Of a stretch of 64,000 nt of DNA, positions 30,401 through 43,470 are shown in pieces (within the stretch, counting starts at the first letter, position 1; the number at the start of each line of letters is the position of its first letter). Origin of the DNA: Catajapyx aquilonaris (Eukaryota). The position numbers were made by a program, and so were the translations under genes. The stretch covers positions 1 to 64,000 of the forward strand of contig KZ537955.1 of NCBI GenBank assembly GCA_000934665.2, written 5' to 3'. The notes below the pieces were generated by a model. It was not told the origin of the DNA. It ran no database searches and saw nothing but the letters and a program-made list of their open reading frames with translations.

Positions 30401-33400
30401 TAAACCAACGTACAGCTCAATCAGCACAATTTTTCTGCTGTAGACGTATTTCCGCTCTAAACACTGTCCACTACATGCAGGTTTAATAAATTGTACTTAA
30501 ATATAATAGTGCACTGTCTTATCTCAGCCATTATGTTGTACACCCAGTAGAAATATCGCAGCGTGCTTCCTGCATTAACACTAATTACTGAATAAGGTGA
30601 TTAATCCTAAACACTTGAACAGCTTCATCAGGTAATAAAAATGGGTAAAGGTTGAGGACATAGATACATTATTACACAATACTTTCTAGTCACTATCCCT
30701 TTAGAAAGCGCCACAAGTGATCCAGCCATGACACACAGAAGGCCGTGAAACGAAGACGTATTACCAGATAGAAACACCATCCCTAAAAGCTTTCCATTTT
30801 TTAAAAAAGCGCCCAACACCTTCAGGCAATCCCCCCACAAAACTACACTAAACAGTTGGGGGGGTCTGAAAGCGACTACTCACTTCCTTGAAAGAGCCTT
30901 TTCTCACAGGGCCAGCGGAAGTGGAAGAAGTGGGGGAAGAAACGGGGTTGGAAGAAGAGGCGAGGGTCGCTCCTCTGACCCTGGATGATCCGACCGACCC
31001 GGTTCGGGACAAGGAGGTCACACAGGACTGCTGCTGACTGTTGGGGCCTGACGGACACTCTTCCCCCCTGTAGCTTACGTCCTCTGAAGAGCGGATGTGG
31101 CTGCAGAGGATGGGTGCGGGATAACAGGTAAAAGGTTAAGGGCTGCTTCCCCTATTTAAAAAGCTGCACACAAAAAACGCTGCAGTGTCCAAAAGTACTC
31201 ATCTTGGATGAGGAATGAACCATCTCTGTGCAATGCAATTTCCATTTTGCATTTTTTGGGGGGAGGGGGTTATTTTAGTGATTAACGCTGCATTTGTTGT
31301 CATGTCGCACAGTTCCAGTGACATGCAACGTCCTTTCATAGAGACTGAAGGTTATGGTACGGCCAGATGTATCCATACAGGGCGAGGGATCCAGGTTGAG
31401 TTTCATATACAAAGAAATTTGGTTCGCATGCTTACCAATCAAGAATACTTTTGATCACCACTAATAATTAATGCTCGAAATGAGAGCCTGTGACAGTACA
31501 CGCTCATAATGAAAGACCAACATGATTTTTAAAAAGAGGAACAATCCATTGTTTGAAGAATTTCCGATGAAAAAATAATGACACTGGCACTTTTTCCGCC
31601 ATCAAAACCAATGTAGCTGGCAACGACCTTCCTTTAAATCTGCGTAAATGTCACTTTATGAATGAAGCGTTTTCTTTCTGTTACCGAAAGTCTTCCTTTG
31701 GCAAGACTGTCACTTCCTCATTTCAACCATTCGGAACCACTATAACCTCACTATGAGAGGACAACACCCAATCTTTTTTCCCAACTACAACATTCATGCA
31801 CGTGGACAGGCAAGTGGGGGTGAGGATGAAACATACAACACGGCACAAAACAAAAGCCCAAAAATGAAGATAGATTTGAGCTTACCTGAAGTCAATCATT
31901 CCTTTTTCCCTTGACCTCCCAACCCTTCTCCTGAGCGGGACATCCACCTCTGTGAAGTAGAGTTCAGTCTTATCGTCTTCCGCTTGGTAGTAGTCCATCT
32001 CCTCAACGTTATCTGGATGGAAAGAAAATTTGTATGAGCGATGCAAAGTCAGGCCTAGCCAGCTTTATACGGATACCTGATTCGTCATAACGTTGATTGG
32101 CAATTGCTGGCAAGGCCTTGTTGTTGCGATTCACGTCTCCTTCTCTCTCCACCCCCAGGTCTCCCAGGCTCTGGGTTCGCCTCAAGTGACTCATGAGCTC
32201 ACCACCTCCCTAAAAAAAGAATCGGGAAAATCAACACTACAAACTGCTCTCAAGACAAACTCCCAATAATCATTACCGAAGCTACAAAATGTCAGACTGC
32301 TGCTACTGGGATTACTTGAAATTTGTAAATACTTGTGCCGGCAAGCAGGTGGTCTACTTGAAAGTCTTCTCATTATTGCTCTTTCACCAAATATATTTGA
32401 ATCGATAATTTAGATACGTTCCGTCGCTTAACACTTAATGTTACAAGACAAAATTCTTACATGACATAATAAATTCTCACTCTTCAAGTTAGCAACTACA
32501 CTACTTTGTTTTCAGAGCACATCCAAATAATATCAGTTCAAACTGCAACTTTCACGTAACTAATTTTGAAAGGGAATCGGCTACACAGAGTGAACAATAT
32601 GTTTTAACTTCCTTCTTGACATTCCCATTATTCGTCCACATCATAATTCAACCCGAAAGGTCTGGCGTTCTCATCGTGTCTCTCCTCCTCTGATTCCACT
32701 ATAGCAGGGGTACTGCCAACTCTAGCCTGCGGCAACAACCTTCGTTCCAAGTGAATCACAGGGACGTAAGTTACAACCTGGTCGCGGCTACTGCCAGGAT
32801 TGCCAATGACCATCCTGGGTAGTGCATTCTGGGTGACTGGGAAAGAGGCATGGGCCGGTATGGTGGCAGGAGCAGGAGTGTTCAAGGCGGGTGTGCCATA
32901 CAGCTGAGCAGCAGGAGAAGGGTTGACGGTGTGGGTCGGGTCACCATGTTGGAACACCTTGCAAGGAAATGTTGCTGACAATACTTTGCCACATCTGCCT
33001 ACTTCGTTAATAAATAATGTGAAGGTCACTGAAGGCTACAGCAGCACCTTAGCATACTTCCTCAATAACTCAGGTAACCATAAATGTTAGACAGCCGTGA
33101 AATATGTCCTGCTTAGATATTAGTGCAACAGCCTGCATTAAACCAAATATATCAAAATCTTAAACGTTTCCAGAAATGAAGCTCAATTGACTGTCATTAT
33201 GATATCACCTGCTCAAGTTACATTCTACTAGTCCTGTTCACATTAAGCACACACTATTCAGGTGCAGGTGTATCTGGTGCCATAAGTCGAGAATAAGCAA
33301 TGTACTAATGATACGCAGGTGTTCATATCAAGGAGTTAACCATGACCCTGAATACATAATAGCTTGACTTGTATTTCTATCCATTGAAATGTAGATTGTC

Positions 33401-36400
33401 ACAAGGACGTAAGGTCATGTCATGTGTATCGACAACCCTCCATGCAAATGCAAATCATGACTAGCTATTAAAGCTGTGCTACAGCCGCATCAATTTGAAG
33501 ATTTCAATGCAGTTGGATCCGCTTAAGGGCATTCAACCTGCCTTGAAATGACCTGGTGCCATTTGCGATAAACAAATATTATCTCCCATGTCTTCAGCAC
33601 TTGGCTCACCTTAAAGGCAGTCTGCATGATGAACGAAGTGGCCATAGACATCCCCTTCGTGCCGAGCTGCAGCACAGTGCTGTACCCCTGCTCCTTGGCT
33701 TTGGTTATACACTCGTCTATCTCCTGCTCCCTGCGATTCAGGGCAGGGTGCACAAACTGGCGATACAGAATGCTGGATCCCCTGGTGGCTGGGCTCAGCA
33801 GCCACAGGACCACCACAATCTTCAGCTCATAGTAGAAGGGGAACCAGAAGCTCAGGAATATGTCTGTTATAGTCTCCACACATGTAAATAGTGCAAAGAC
33901 TATCCAGTACATCATCCATCGCACCTGAAAAATCAAGGGAAAAGATTGAGTTAGCCCTCAATTAACAGAAGCGATTCCAAATACTGTAGACATGCACAGA
34001 AAGAAACCTTACATTTAAGAGTTATGGCACACAGCATGTGTTAATTTCCGTTGAAATTAAAAACCGTGTGAGGCAAAAAAAAAGAAGAGGTGGAATGATC
34101 CATGCATTTTTGTGTCTACAAAAAAAAATGTAGAGAAAAACTGTAGACGCTGCTGCGCACATGAACGAAAGCTTACAAGATCCCCTATTGACGGGTCTGT
34201 TTTAGGAGCAGTGAAAACTGTTAGGCAAGACGTCACATGTGCCAAGCAGCACGATGTGCAAGTGGTGAAAGCACGGCTTATTTCAGGAATAGACTTCCAC
34301 AACTCGACTCCCAAAGGTTCTTCTTATTTGCGTGAGGCGTAAAAGGCTGAATAGGATGCACGTGCCGCAATTTATGATCATCAATAAAAACAAACCGGGG
34401 CACACACCAATGAAATGAATTAAATCAGGTACTTACATACTCCTTGACGTTCTTGGTCTTGACAGCCTTGTAGGAGGCATAGGCTGGGTAGAGATTGCCA
34501 AACACGAGTCTGAAAGAGGCATACACATGGTGAGACACGGAGGGAAACCCCATGGAGCACAGGAGGCACAGGGCAGCCAAGTTCGCCAGGGTTGCTTTCA
34601 CCCGCAGAATCAGAATATAGGGGCCATCCGGTGGGCCCCCACCATTCGAATGGGCCCCTCCGCCAACAGGAGTGCCAATGGACACCACTTCCATCCCAGT
34701 GGTCACGTTGTCACCCATAATCGCAGTCACAATAAAAATGATCACAGCCTTACGCACACTATTAACAAACACTCCGAAGCGCAATATCAGACTTTGTTGC
34801 TGTGACGGGTTAGTTAGAGGCAGGCATTAGCTAAGCGCATCTACTCTGATGACCCCCCGCACGCAGGGTCAGCCTTTGGCAATGTCTACATTGTCTCCAG
34901 GTCTTTCACAGGTAGATCACCACCACATTGTTATAATAGTACACGGTTATCTTGTACTCAACGCGCACTGGCTGAGACATTCTCTCTCCGAGAATGAATC
35001 TGCACTGTCACTGCTTCAGCCTCTTTTGCTTCTCTGCGGATGTCTGGATTTAGAGATGAGTTGAGCCAAAGGAGAAGGGGTTGGCTGGGTTGGGGGGAGA
35101 GTGGGAGTAATCGATGCACCAGATGTAGGGAATAGGGGGGGAGTCGTAGTGGAAGTTGGATCAATGCTGCTGCTACCCTCTTTTCAAAGGGAAGGGGGAA
35201 TGACCACCAACACCTACACCTTTAGAGGCACAGAAAAAAAAACTCAAGCGCCCAGGAGCCGATGCAGGTTTTAGAATCCCCAGAGCCTTGCCGAAATAAA
35301 CTGCTTGGCCAGGGGAAAAAATTGCGAGCACGAATAGATTAAAAAAAATATATCCCTGCGCCTTTTTGGCATGCCTTGTGCGTCCCCTGCACTATCTCCT
35401 TCACTAAACTTCCCGCTCCAACCACACCCAGCGCATCTCTCCCCCTTGTTTCCTGGTACATCTCAACAAGGTTATATTTAAACACCCGCTGGGGGTCTTA
35501 ATTTGGCAGGCTCTCACCGTTGGGAGAGGGTAAGTCCTTGACTGAGCAAGCATAAATATCCCGCCTTTTTGGCCTGTTGCTAATGATCAAGGCAAGCTAA
35601 TTAAGCAGTGACCATGCAAATGAGACAGCCGGCTCATCATTACTAATATTTTTTAAAAGGGGCATAAATCAGCAAATTAAACTTACGTTTGCACAAGAGT
35701 TAACTACCATCCTTGAATCATAAGCTACCGAGTGGATCCTTGAACCATGAAGTTGAAGGTCTTCCCTCACTTCACCAATGTTTATTGCGTTATGAGAGCT
35801 TGAAAAAAGCTTTTGGCTTCCACGTGACTATCACCATAAGCCTTGGAGGTGTATTTTTCTTTTTCTGCACAACTGCAGCCTCCAGAGGGACAGAGAGAGC
35901 AGGTTGCCAAATTTTTATCACGGAATTCAAGGGTGTGGGGTGAAGCCGAGGTTTTTTGGAGGGAATCCAACAGCCTTTTGCACCTATTCCGGGGGTGGGC
36001 TTCGGAGTAGGATTTCAAGGGATTTTATTGCTCTTTACGAACTCCCACACTAGCAAGTCAGATCCAGTGTGTCTTTATCGCCTGATCCATCCACAGAATT
36101 GACTTATTCCTTTAAATTGCGATCCCCCCTAACAGTACGATATGAACAATATTATTGCACTTTATTTATTGCAAGTAACGCAATTGTCATAAGGGGCATT
36201 GAACGAGTTGATTGCACAAAGAAATTCCGGAGTATCTTTTTTTTGTGTGATACAATCTTGTCCTCAGGTGAACCAGCTCACAAAGGATATTTTTGGCTCA
36301 CTCCCACAACACGGCCAAGAAGGAAATGACAGATAAAGAAAAAGAGCTACACCAACCCGAACCTGCCACTGGCTCTTTTGTTGTTCCGAAGAACAAAACA

Positions 36401-39397
36401 AGCGCAACTAAACAAAAGCAAAGGATTTAAGCTGCATTTTTTCCTACTTTTTTTGTCCACCATTCAAGGGTGAATTTTTGGTGCAGGATTGACCCACTTA
36501 TGGGCCCAGACCAGCAAGGTGACTACTAGTCATCTGTAACCATGCATGTCCCAACTCCTTTTCAGCTGTGACACCCCATCCTCCACTCCCCAACCTCGAT
36601 TCGTTACCCACCTTGAACACATTCAATGTTGGGCGAGAGTGAAAAGAAGGTTTGTAGGGACGTAGGGAGGTGAAGGATAATAACAACATTGCCCCAACAC
36701 CTCTTTTGGGCATGTCATGGTGCAGTAGCTTTGACATGATTATTTGCTATGCTACGTTATTAGCCCTACTTTTTTAAATCCAACTCTTTGTCACGGTACG
36801 TGTGAACCAAAACGGCCAGTATGCCGGCACATTTTATTTCCAAAACTGGCAACTGACAATTATGTCACAAGTTTGACATACGCATCCTGTCGTGATGGCA
36901 GTGGAAAATAATTAGCTATCAATACATAACTAGAAATTACCGACATGGCTGCTACGATTGAAATAGCAATGTTTGCGAATTAACACGGAGTAGCACTTTA
37001 GGAATTAAAACCAACTTCGAATTCAGCTCACATTCATCAGACGTGCTTTGAATAAATTTCCTCAATTCCCAACTCAAGCGGACACGCCATTGTAAGCAGA
37101 TGGTGTAGGATGCCGGTATCCAAATAAGTCCAGAGAGACCAACCCACTGAGCCCTGGCGGGGTTACTGAACGACTTTGTACACCGATATAGGCGGAGTAA
37201 CTGTAGCAAAGTCCCATAGGTCAATGCCTTTTTCATCGTCCATGTGCCACCTACACGACACTTGCCCTTCACCTGGAGAACACCATCATAAGTCATAAAG
37301 GTAAATTCTGCAGTCGAGTTCTCCAATTAATTCCAAATATGCAAACAATCGGCTTAACTCAGCCAAAAAGCCTACTCTACTGCTCACGTTAAATGTAAGA
37401 AAGCTTCCGAGCAATACACCTGTCTTGGCTATTTATACAGCAAGCAACGTCAGAATCCATTATATAAAATTATTCGCCTTGTTTGTGTAACGATGACAAG
37501 AATAGCATTATATCTGGATTCAAGCACATATTTTATATCAAAAGGCCGCCACCTGGTACACCTCAAAATTCATCCTGAATTTTTCTTTATATATGTGTCA
37601 AGTTTGTATCTCAACGCCACAATTATCTCAATCCGTAAGCATGCAAATTAGCCCAAATTTCCCTCCTCCTGGCTCGAAAAGCTGAGGTCAGGATAGGGAA
37701 GCAGCCAAATTGTTTCCGCGAGTTGGGCTTCCACCGCCCCGTAAAACCGTAACATTTCACAGCACACCTACCCATCCATGCCTACCTGCCTTGAATAACA
37801 AAAAAAACCCACAACTTTTACAGTTGGGATATTTTCTACCTGGTAACTTCATTCTTTCCTGCTGTCATTAATGGGCACATTGTCACCAATTTTTGTGTAC
37901 GAATAATACGGCCACGCTCCGCCCAAACCCAACGGGGTTGATCTGAACGGCTGAGCAGGATTTCACTTGGGCACAGGTTTTTCTGCTGTATACCTTGCCT
38001 TTTATGTAACTCTAGCATCGCATGACTTTGTACTGGAACTATACTCTTTTTACGCCGCCAATAAAGGCCTTGCATGCAGAAAATGGTGGATCTACATTGC
38101 ATCAGGACCCTGCCTGATTTATTCAGCATGGCAGTGTAACCAGGAGGATTGGCAATTTCACTAGCGATTTATTGCACTAGTACCAGTCAGCACCACGGTA
38201 AAGTTAAGCAGTTAACTGGAATCAAAATTAACTGTTTCTCATTAGTGAATAACAAATTTTACATTTTCAATAATGTAACATGATGCATATGGCTCGATTT
38301 TCCAATCTATAAAATCCTATCATGTATCGATTGAAAATAAGCAGCAATCGCAATGAATTCCTTTTATTGTGATAAACCCACCAGATAATGTGATATAAAG
38401 AATGATAACAGGCTGACGGTTTGTAAACAATTTTAGTATATGTACCGCAGAAGCGAGTACAACGGTTCGTAAACAATGGCTCATGGATTAGTTAGCTACA
38501 AGTAAAGGAAAGTGTGATAAGGTACATTGCAAAAACATCTACTGACTTTGCAAGTGCAATGACGCACAAATTACTGATTAGCCAGTGCAAATTGTACCTG
38601 GGGAAACACACAAACATTTAGTGCTTTGCTTCGAACTTCAAAATACTTCCATACTGATGTACAATGCTCACATCAGAGTTGGCATGATCGGTACTCAAAA
38701 TAGACCTCCCAAATATTTGTGAATTCCTGCGAGAAGGAATGTTATTTGTATAGAGACGCCTAGGGGTTTCGGAATTCCTTAAGCTTCTTCTCTGAGCCAC
38801 AGTTAGCAAAACGGTGATTGACTCTGGGACCTTGGCCACACCCATGGTGCCAGACGCCGGCCACTAAGTTTGGCCCTCGGCAATACCATCGCTCTGTATG
38901 GCACAGTTGTGCAGCAGTATTCCAACAAAAGGGGCTCATTCATGGCTGTCACTCATCATATGGCACAGGCACTCATTGATGAGACAAACATGAATACGTC
39001 CCATTATGTACAAAAATTCTGTTTCCAATTGTTTTTTTTTTCAGTTATGTTCAGAACTACGCAGCAGAATTTTTGTTGCGTACCTCTGTGAATAGGCGTG
39101 TACTCATCTTTAAATGCGAACCAGTTTGTACATTAAGTGCTGCTAGAAGTTACTGCAAACTTAGCAGTACAAATGTACAGCAGCTAAGGATTAATACCCC
39201 ATAATTTTGCCCATCGCACCGAATAATAATAATTCTGAGCCAGGCACAGGCCCGCACCAATTGCATCACATGCAACCAGTATTCGAAATCGATTCGAACG
39301 TCACCCCAGCTGCTCCCTCCCCCTCCCTCCGTATGTACCGTAGTACCTCTCCTCCGCATACTCACATGACAAGACGAGAGAGCATGGAAGAGATCAT
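27439..39397 (-). CDS. REEP: Receptor expression-enhancing protein (REEP1-4 subfamily, TB2/DP1/HVA22 domain)
   Basis: [82 protein letters not shown]. Exons 39397-39366, 34509-34437, 33924-33610, 32209-32077, 32012-31886, 31100-30884, 27504-27439 ([21 protein letters not shown]). The core exons are secure; the distal exons rest on splice signals and phase. Confidence 0.9.
28390..29931 (-). CDS. Putative alternative terminal exon of REEP (~513 aa, Pro/Thr/Ser/Glu-rich, disordered)
   Basis: Long open frame with a phase-0 acceptor ttttcaaag|GGC, compatible with the phase-0 donor at 30884. Confidence 0.65.
   Translation of the reverse strand, partial: GIPGPLLVGWYPEDGMMGGGMPVMQVHPTMQPPYHHPPPVVTTLVTNFAPETPAVPPPAVAPPRAAVPRPEPTVTATPVRQPLIISIKTPSLKQCLVTAQSVDEDDSSLSCSSSTVSEPTAIEAKPADICRTDNSSTQDEAAFSPESICKQIDECVAEVTETAKELSVGAEKAVSEPQCAVEIKAKEVVAEDTKIPVRVEDKKESDIVAVTADEKDSAVTEIKIVEKVDTKIAASEDNAAVKPESETANSDSVGNSNAVEVEKSDLKVPSTTVSSVSTPAVTTVTTAASETSTPLTPTLSPSTASVSPIITSIESTPSVANKAVTATESKPAVTNSVASASVTGTAIKVISAVLNDIAKPPMRPTTPPAPPVTVKPSRPLSCGSFSFNDAPAIPPKKPDLDLTIAKPTVTDSRKSPTFAGKPIPEPPVLAWHPKPPLSPPTPPPPPISTTPEPPKKSGGKLRWFKSKPAPPPPPSPTPSTRSTHSTHSTHSIHSAHSVAAAISSALLGGKDKK
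32628..32957 (-). CDS. Putative alternative terminal exon of REEP (109 aa)
   Basis: Acceptor tttccttgcaag|GTG, phase 0, matches the donor after ..QTAFK at 33610. Open, protein-like frame ending in a stop. Confidence 0.5.
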   Translation of the reverse strand: MFQHGDPTHTVNPSPAAQLYGTPALNTPAPATIPAHASFPVTQNALPRMVIGNPGSSRDQVVTYVPVIHLERRLLPQARVGSTPAIVESEEERHDENARPFGLNYDVDE

Positions 39398-39659
39398 GTT
39401 TGCAGCCTTCTTCTTCTGCTAATGTGTTGTTTGTAATGGTCAGGACCGCTTCATAGTCGTTTGGGGAGTAGCGAGCAGAGAATGATGTTCTCCTCGCCAG
39501 GTCTCGACCGTTACTAAACCGCCTTGTTCAAAATAGTAGAGGGGGGAGGGGAGGGGAGAGGGGAGAGGGGAGGGAGGGTGCAGCATGGAGGAGAGGGGAG
39601 GGGGGGGGGGGTTTCTTTGTGTTCTTTTTTTTATTGAATTCTTTTTTTCTCTCTTCAAA

Positions 39660-39765
39660 CCGACGCCATCTTGGTTACGTATTGTCACGTGACTTGTTTA
39701 CACCTCCCAAGCCTCGCGATGGCAGTACGCATGCGTGGTGCAGTACTAGCAACTGATTGGCCGTG
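39660..39765. promoter_or_regulatory. Putative REEP proximal promoter in the divergent REEP/KDM3 interval
   Basis: YY1-like cgccatcttgg (39664), palindromic E-box gtcacgtgac (39684), NRF1-like cgcatgcg (39728) and ATTGG (39756) within 100 bp. Confidence 0.55.
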
Positions 39766-40057
39766 GTTTTCGCGAAATAAAATGCGCAGAATTTTATAGT
39801 AGTTATAGTTACAGTTACAGTACCTATAGACTTGTGGCTATAATAGTCACAGTAGTTATAATAGTTACAGTAGTTATAATAACGCCAGAGTATAATAGCT
39901 ATCGCGTGGGTTTTCTCGGGGTTCTCCCGTTTCCTCCCACCACGTGGTTTCCTCCCACTATCAAAATCCATCGCATTTCAGGCAAATGATTAAAGTCGGG
40001 TTTCAAAAGATGATCCCCTAAGTTCCAAAGAGGCCCAGGGGCCTATCACGGGGTATC

Positions 40058-40069
40058 TATTATTATTAC

Positions 40070-40142
<73 letters not shown>

Positions 40143-40575
40143 GTTATAATAGCTATTATAGTAGTTATAATAGCTATTATAGTAGTTATAATAGCTATAA
40201 TAGTGATTATAATAGTTATAACTATAGTGATTATAGTAGTTATAATGATCATAGTAGTTATAGTCACAGTAGTTACAGTAGTTACAGTCACAGCTACAGC
40301 GGGTTATAGTTTATTATTGTCTGAATATTGTAGTTACAGTAGTTACATAATGACTATGATGATTATAATAGTCATAATGATCATATAGTAGTTTGTTACA
40401 GTGGTTATAGCGAGTTATAGTTTAATATTGTAGTTACAGTAATAAACAGTTATAATTAGCTCTTGCTGGTTATATCTTTGTTATGTATAATATAGTAGTT
40501 GTAACTATAGTGGTTATAATAGTTATAATTACTGGTTAAAGTAGTTACAGCAGTAATAGCTAGTAGTAGTTTAAT
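40058..40575. repeat. (TAT)n microsatellite followed by a TAG/TAT low-complexity tract
   Basis: Near-perfect TAT run at about 40058-40140, then degenerate tagtta/atagtt units. Confidence 0.95.
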
Positions 40576-41651
40576 ATTGGTGCTAAATTATTTGCAACAT
40601 TAGGCTGTTGGGGGGTTCGCAAAATGAGTGCAAAGTACAGTGTGGATCAGAACAATAAGCAGGTGTTGAGAGTTACTACAACAGCTGATGGTTGTCGTAC
40701 CCGTTCGCGCTTTATTTGAAGCTGAGGCAAAGTCACTAGGCAAGTAGGCAATCACACTATTGCGAATCGGGTGCTCTAACCACTGAGCTACCAGGAGCGG
40801 ACATTGCAAAGCTGAGGCCCCGCCGCGCCGCCGCCGCCGAAGGATATACTCTAACAACCGTGGCCGCCGCTGCAAGAGGATTGTTTACCCCAGAAACTGG
40901 TTTGAAGCGCAGCAACGAAATGTGATGCTGGCCCGAAATGAGTCGTACGGTCGGGTAATACCAGCCAAGTGTGCCGGTTCCGCAACCGGTTCGATATTAA
41001 ACGATCGTCCCGGATGTAGTTCCCGCAATTCCCGCAACTGGCAGTCTGGCACACGTAGCACCTTCAGCTCCAAACTCGCATTCCAATTGGTCCGTCTCCT
41101 CTCGTATCCGGCTGCGATTGGCCAGTTCCCTTTCGAATCCCCTCGCTGCCCGGTGTCTCCATCTGTGGTGGAGGAGTTGAACTTGGATGAAACAGACCGG
41201 TTGGTTGGCAGGCCTGTCTCGTGACGTTTTTGAAAGGGGGTGATGGGGGCAGGAGGAGGAGGCCAGGGAGGAGAGATCCAAATGGGGGCGCCGAGAGGGG
41301 AAGGCTGCACCTCCCCCTCCCTTTTCCAGTAGTAGAGTTTTGGTGTGTGTGTGGTGGTTGACAGCGGTAAAGGGAAGAAGAAGGGTGGTGTTGTGGTGGG
41401 CTGCCTCTCTCACCACCCATTCAGAGAGGGGGATGCTGCTGCCTTTTTTGTACGTGCACCATCATCATCATCATACACAGCAGTGCACAATATGACCCGC
41501 CTCTGTACCTGCGACTCTGCGAATAAGGCGGGCATTTTCAAACACGACGACGACGATGATGCTGTGTGGTGGTGGTGGTGGACCGGAGGAATAATGGTGA
41601 CAACGGCGCTGCTGCTGGATGAATAGTGTGATATTCAAGTGGTGAAGTGCC

Positions 41652-41846
41652 ATGGCGTACAAGTTCAGGGAGGAGATAGTTGGGAAGAGGTTCCTGTCTG
41701 TGAGTGGTGGTGCGGGTGAGGTAGTGGCAGGGGCGAACGGCCCCGGGGCGAGAGAGCTCGATGTGAAAAGGATCCACGAGTGGGGATGGAGGGCCGGGGT
41801 CATCAGAGCTGCCAGCCACCAGGATAACATGCATTCCGAACTACAG
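41652..41846 (+). CDS. KDM3: First coding exon of a KDM3/JMJD1C-family JmjC histone demethylase; exon 2 not found in the window
   Basis: MAYKFREEIVGKRFLSV...EWGWRAGVIRAASHQD..ELQ|gtaaaa matches the conserved N-terminus of JMJD1C/KDM3B (ELVGKRFL..WRAGVIRA.SH.D). Confidence 0.85.
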
Positions 41847-43224
41847 GTAAAAAATAAATAAAATCAAACAAATTTTCTTTAAAAAAAAAAGTGTCCTGAA
41901 ATGTGCTGCTGTTACATAACCAAGTACTGTTTATAGTTATGCGAATAGTTATGTGCTGGAATCCGCGTAAATTGGCACAACAATTGCTATTGAACAAACC
42001 AGGTATGCAAAGTTTTGCAGGGTGTGTCAGCTTGTGTAATACCATATGTTACAATGGCTTGTAACGACACAACATACTTACTCTTGCAGCAATATAGGCT
42101 ACAATATAAATATCAGCCGTGTAACTAACAACTGATAATGCTGTTGGAACACCCTGTACTTGTTCGATGGAATTCAGCAGTGCAGGTGCTTTCCATAACT
42201 TTTGATAAACCCAGATGTCAGCCTTTCTCAAACCATTACAGTGTCAAGTGAATTATACTGAATATTTTACCTAATCTCAATGGAATAAGAAATTTTTAAA
42301 CATGCAAAGTGTACAGTGTTACACATATCACATTACGACACCAGATTGTGTGCATAAGTCTTCCAAAGAAACGATTTTAAGTGCAATAAAAGTTGTGGAA
42401 TGCTGCTAAATTAAATAGCAAAGGCTTACAGCACAATAGCTGCCTGTATTACAGTACCTGAAACGGAAATGATTAGTTGCGGTTTCGCAATTTGGCAACT
42501 GCCTTCATCTATTTAAAATTCTTTGCCACTTGATTAAACTGGGGGTGCATGGGGCAGGGGGTTGAAGCAAAAGCACTTGGAGAGAGACCATCTCTTCGAT
42601 GAAGTGAGAGAAAACAAGGCACGGAAAACGGGTAACAAACCGAATTTCCTGGGCGAATTACGAGGGGGGATAAAGAGAAGTTTTGCGAGGAATCTAGTGG
42701 AGGGGGTGGAAGAGGAGGGGAGAGCAGGGGGGGAAATATTAGGTGTGAGTTTGTTCAGAAAAGTAGGTCGAGCAACTTCCTTCTTGGCAAAGAGAAGGAA
42801 GCACACGAATGGAGGTTGGTGGGATAGGAACATGGATGATTCATCCAGAGGGCTTCTCAGGTGTGCACCTGCAAAAGGAAAGAAAAAAAAAAGTTTTTGC
42901 CCTAGGTGAAGGATTGTTCACCCCCATCAGAATGTTTTAAAGAGACTCAAGAGTCGCAACTGATTCTAATTAAAGTGGTTGCTAAGGTTTGATTAACTAT
43001 TCATCCAGAGCGATTAGGGATACGTTAAGAATATTGTGTGATATCCCTAAGGGCTTTATTGAGGACTAGCAGTTCTTCGCATGATTATTGATAAATGAAA
43101 GAAATCTGTGCCACAATTACAGCAAGACACCAAGCATAATTTTATTAAATTCAAAATTTTGAGTATTTACACGTTTAAAAATGATTTTTTGGACTTTTCC
43201 CACAATCAGCGGGATGTAAGACGT

Positions 43225-43322
43225 CATTGTGTCAAGTATCAGCACTCTCAGGTAGAGAAGTGGGTTAGGTCGCCCGGGCATACGTACAAACTGTCTGCTT
43301 TATACAAGTATACATATACAGA
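43225..43322 (-). mobile_element. Non-autonomous Helitron-like family, copy A (5' fragment)
   Basis: Reverse complement reads tatacttgtataaagcagacagtttgtacgtatgcccgggcgacctaacccactt..., homologous to copies B-D. Confidence 0.65.
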
Positions 43323-43380
43323 TTTAAGGATTATTTATGAAGAACTAGCATGGGGATTGATAAATGAAGAGTTTATAAGA

Positions 43381-43470
43381 CATCGGTGCCAAGTTTCAGT
43401 ACTCTCAGTAGTCTGAAAGTGGGTTAGATAGCCCCGACAAACATTCACATATCGTTTATAAGTATAGAGA
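43381..43470 (-). mobile_element. Non-autonomous Helitron-like family, copy B (5' fragment)
   Basis: Reverse complement reads tctctatacttataaa...atgtttgtcggggctatctaacccactttcagactactgagagtactgaaacttggcac. Confidence 0.7.

Noticed and set aside
36952..37326. 124-aa ORF in REEP intron 1
   Set aside because: No motif and no convincing donor linking it to REEP exon 2.
40885..41626. Cluster of overlapping ORFs upstream of KDM3
   Set aside because: GC-rich promoter/5' UTR sequence depleted of stop codons; no protein features.
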